A stretch of DNA of 49,503 nt from an uncultured Gemmatimonadota bacterium (lineage in GTDB: Bacteria > Blakebacterota > Blakebacteria > Blakebacterales > Blakebacteraceae): positions 1 through 49,503 of the forward strand of contig CAZNUA010000025.1 of the NCBI GenBank assembly GCA_964576115.1, written 5' to 3'. Within the stretch, counting starts at the first letter, position 1. Every line of letters begins with the position of its first letter. This document shows, in pieces, positions 49,362 through 49,503 of this stretch. The notes beneath the pieces were generated by a model. That model worked only from the letters and a program-made list of their open reading frames with translations, searched no databases and had not been told where the DNA came from. A program made the position numbers and the translations under genes.

Positions 49362-49503
49362 AAAAGAGCCGGCCAACGAAAGCTGGGCACTGTCGTCCTC
49401 CGGCACCAGGGGAATGAGCCGCCAGCATGGCCTTTCCGTCACGAGTATCTATCGCCGTGGCATGAACTGATAAAATTGCACGAGGGGCGATCCGTCCGCA
49501 GCT

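Overview
High-GC bacterial chromosomal segment with one 100-N scaffold gap at 1226-1325. It is probably from an uncultured diderm of the FCB superphylum or a similar lineage; this is an inference from gene order such as panBCD-LytR_C-rsfS-argS and nadC-birA-coaX-groESL. Most of it is housekeeping. From the left it holds a Na+/Pi symporter with a gapped PhoU-like gene, malic enzyme, two exported hydrolases, and then a ~23 kb minus-strand run: RibD_C reductase, DapB-like, aminotransferase, folB, folK, two deoxynucleoside kinases, panBCD, LytR_C, rsfS, argS, TPR lipoprotein, uppS-cdsA-dxr-rseP, MscS, TPR protein, glyA, dCMP deaminase, nrdR, a sigma-54 response regulator, a cupin and a flavoprotein reductase. 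Next come a group 3d NAD-reducing [NiFe]-hydrogenase operon (hoxFUYH, maturation protease, receiver protein), a histidine kinase paired with a CsgG/TolB-like TPR gene, CIRCE-controlled groESL, coaX, birA, nadC, uvrB and apbE. The window ends with a pilin-like / HD-GYP / lipoprotein cassette behind a palindromic sigma-54-type promoter. I recognised no rRNA, tRNA, CRISPR array, IS or prophage. The most interesting signals are: (i) the orphan pilin + HD-GYP + lipoprotein module; (ii) three enzymes with substituted catalytic residues (DapB-like, FolB Y54S, one kinase copy lacking the P-loop Lys) within one folate-linked cluster; (iii) an in-frame ~14% GC island inside a GC-rich gene; (iv) an ArgRS with NVVS in place of HIGH. 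All calls come from reading motifs by eye; no searches were run.
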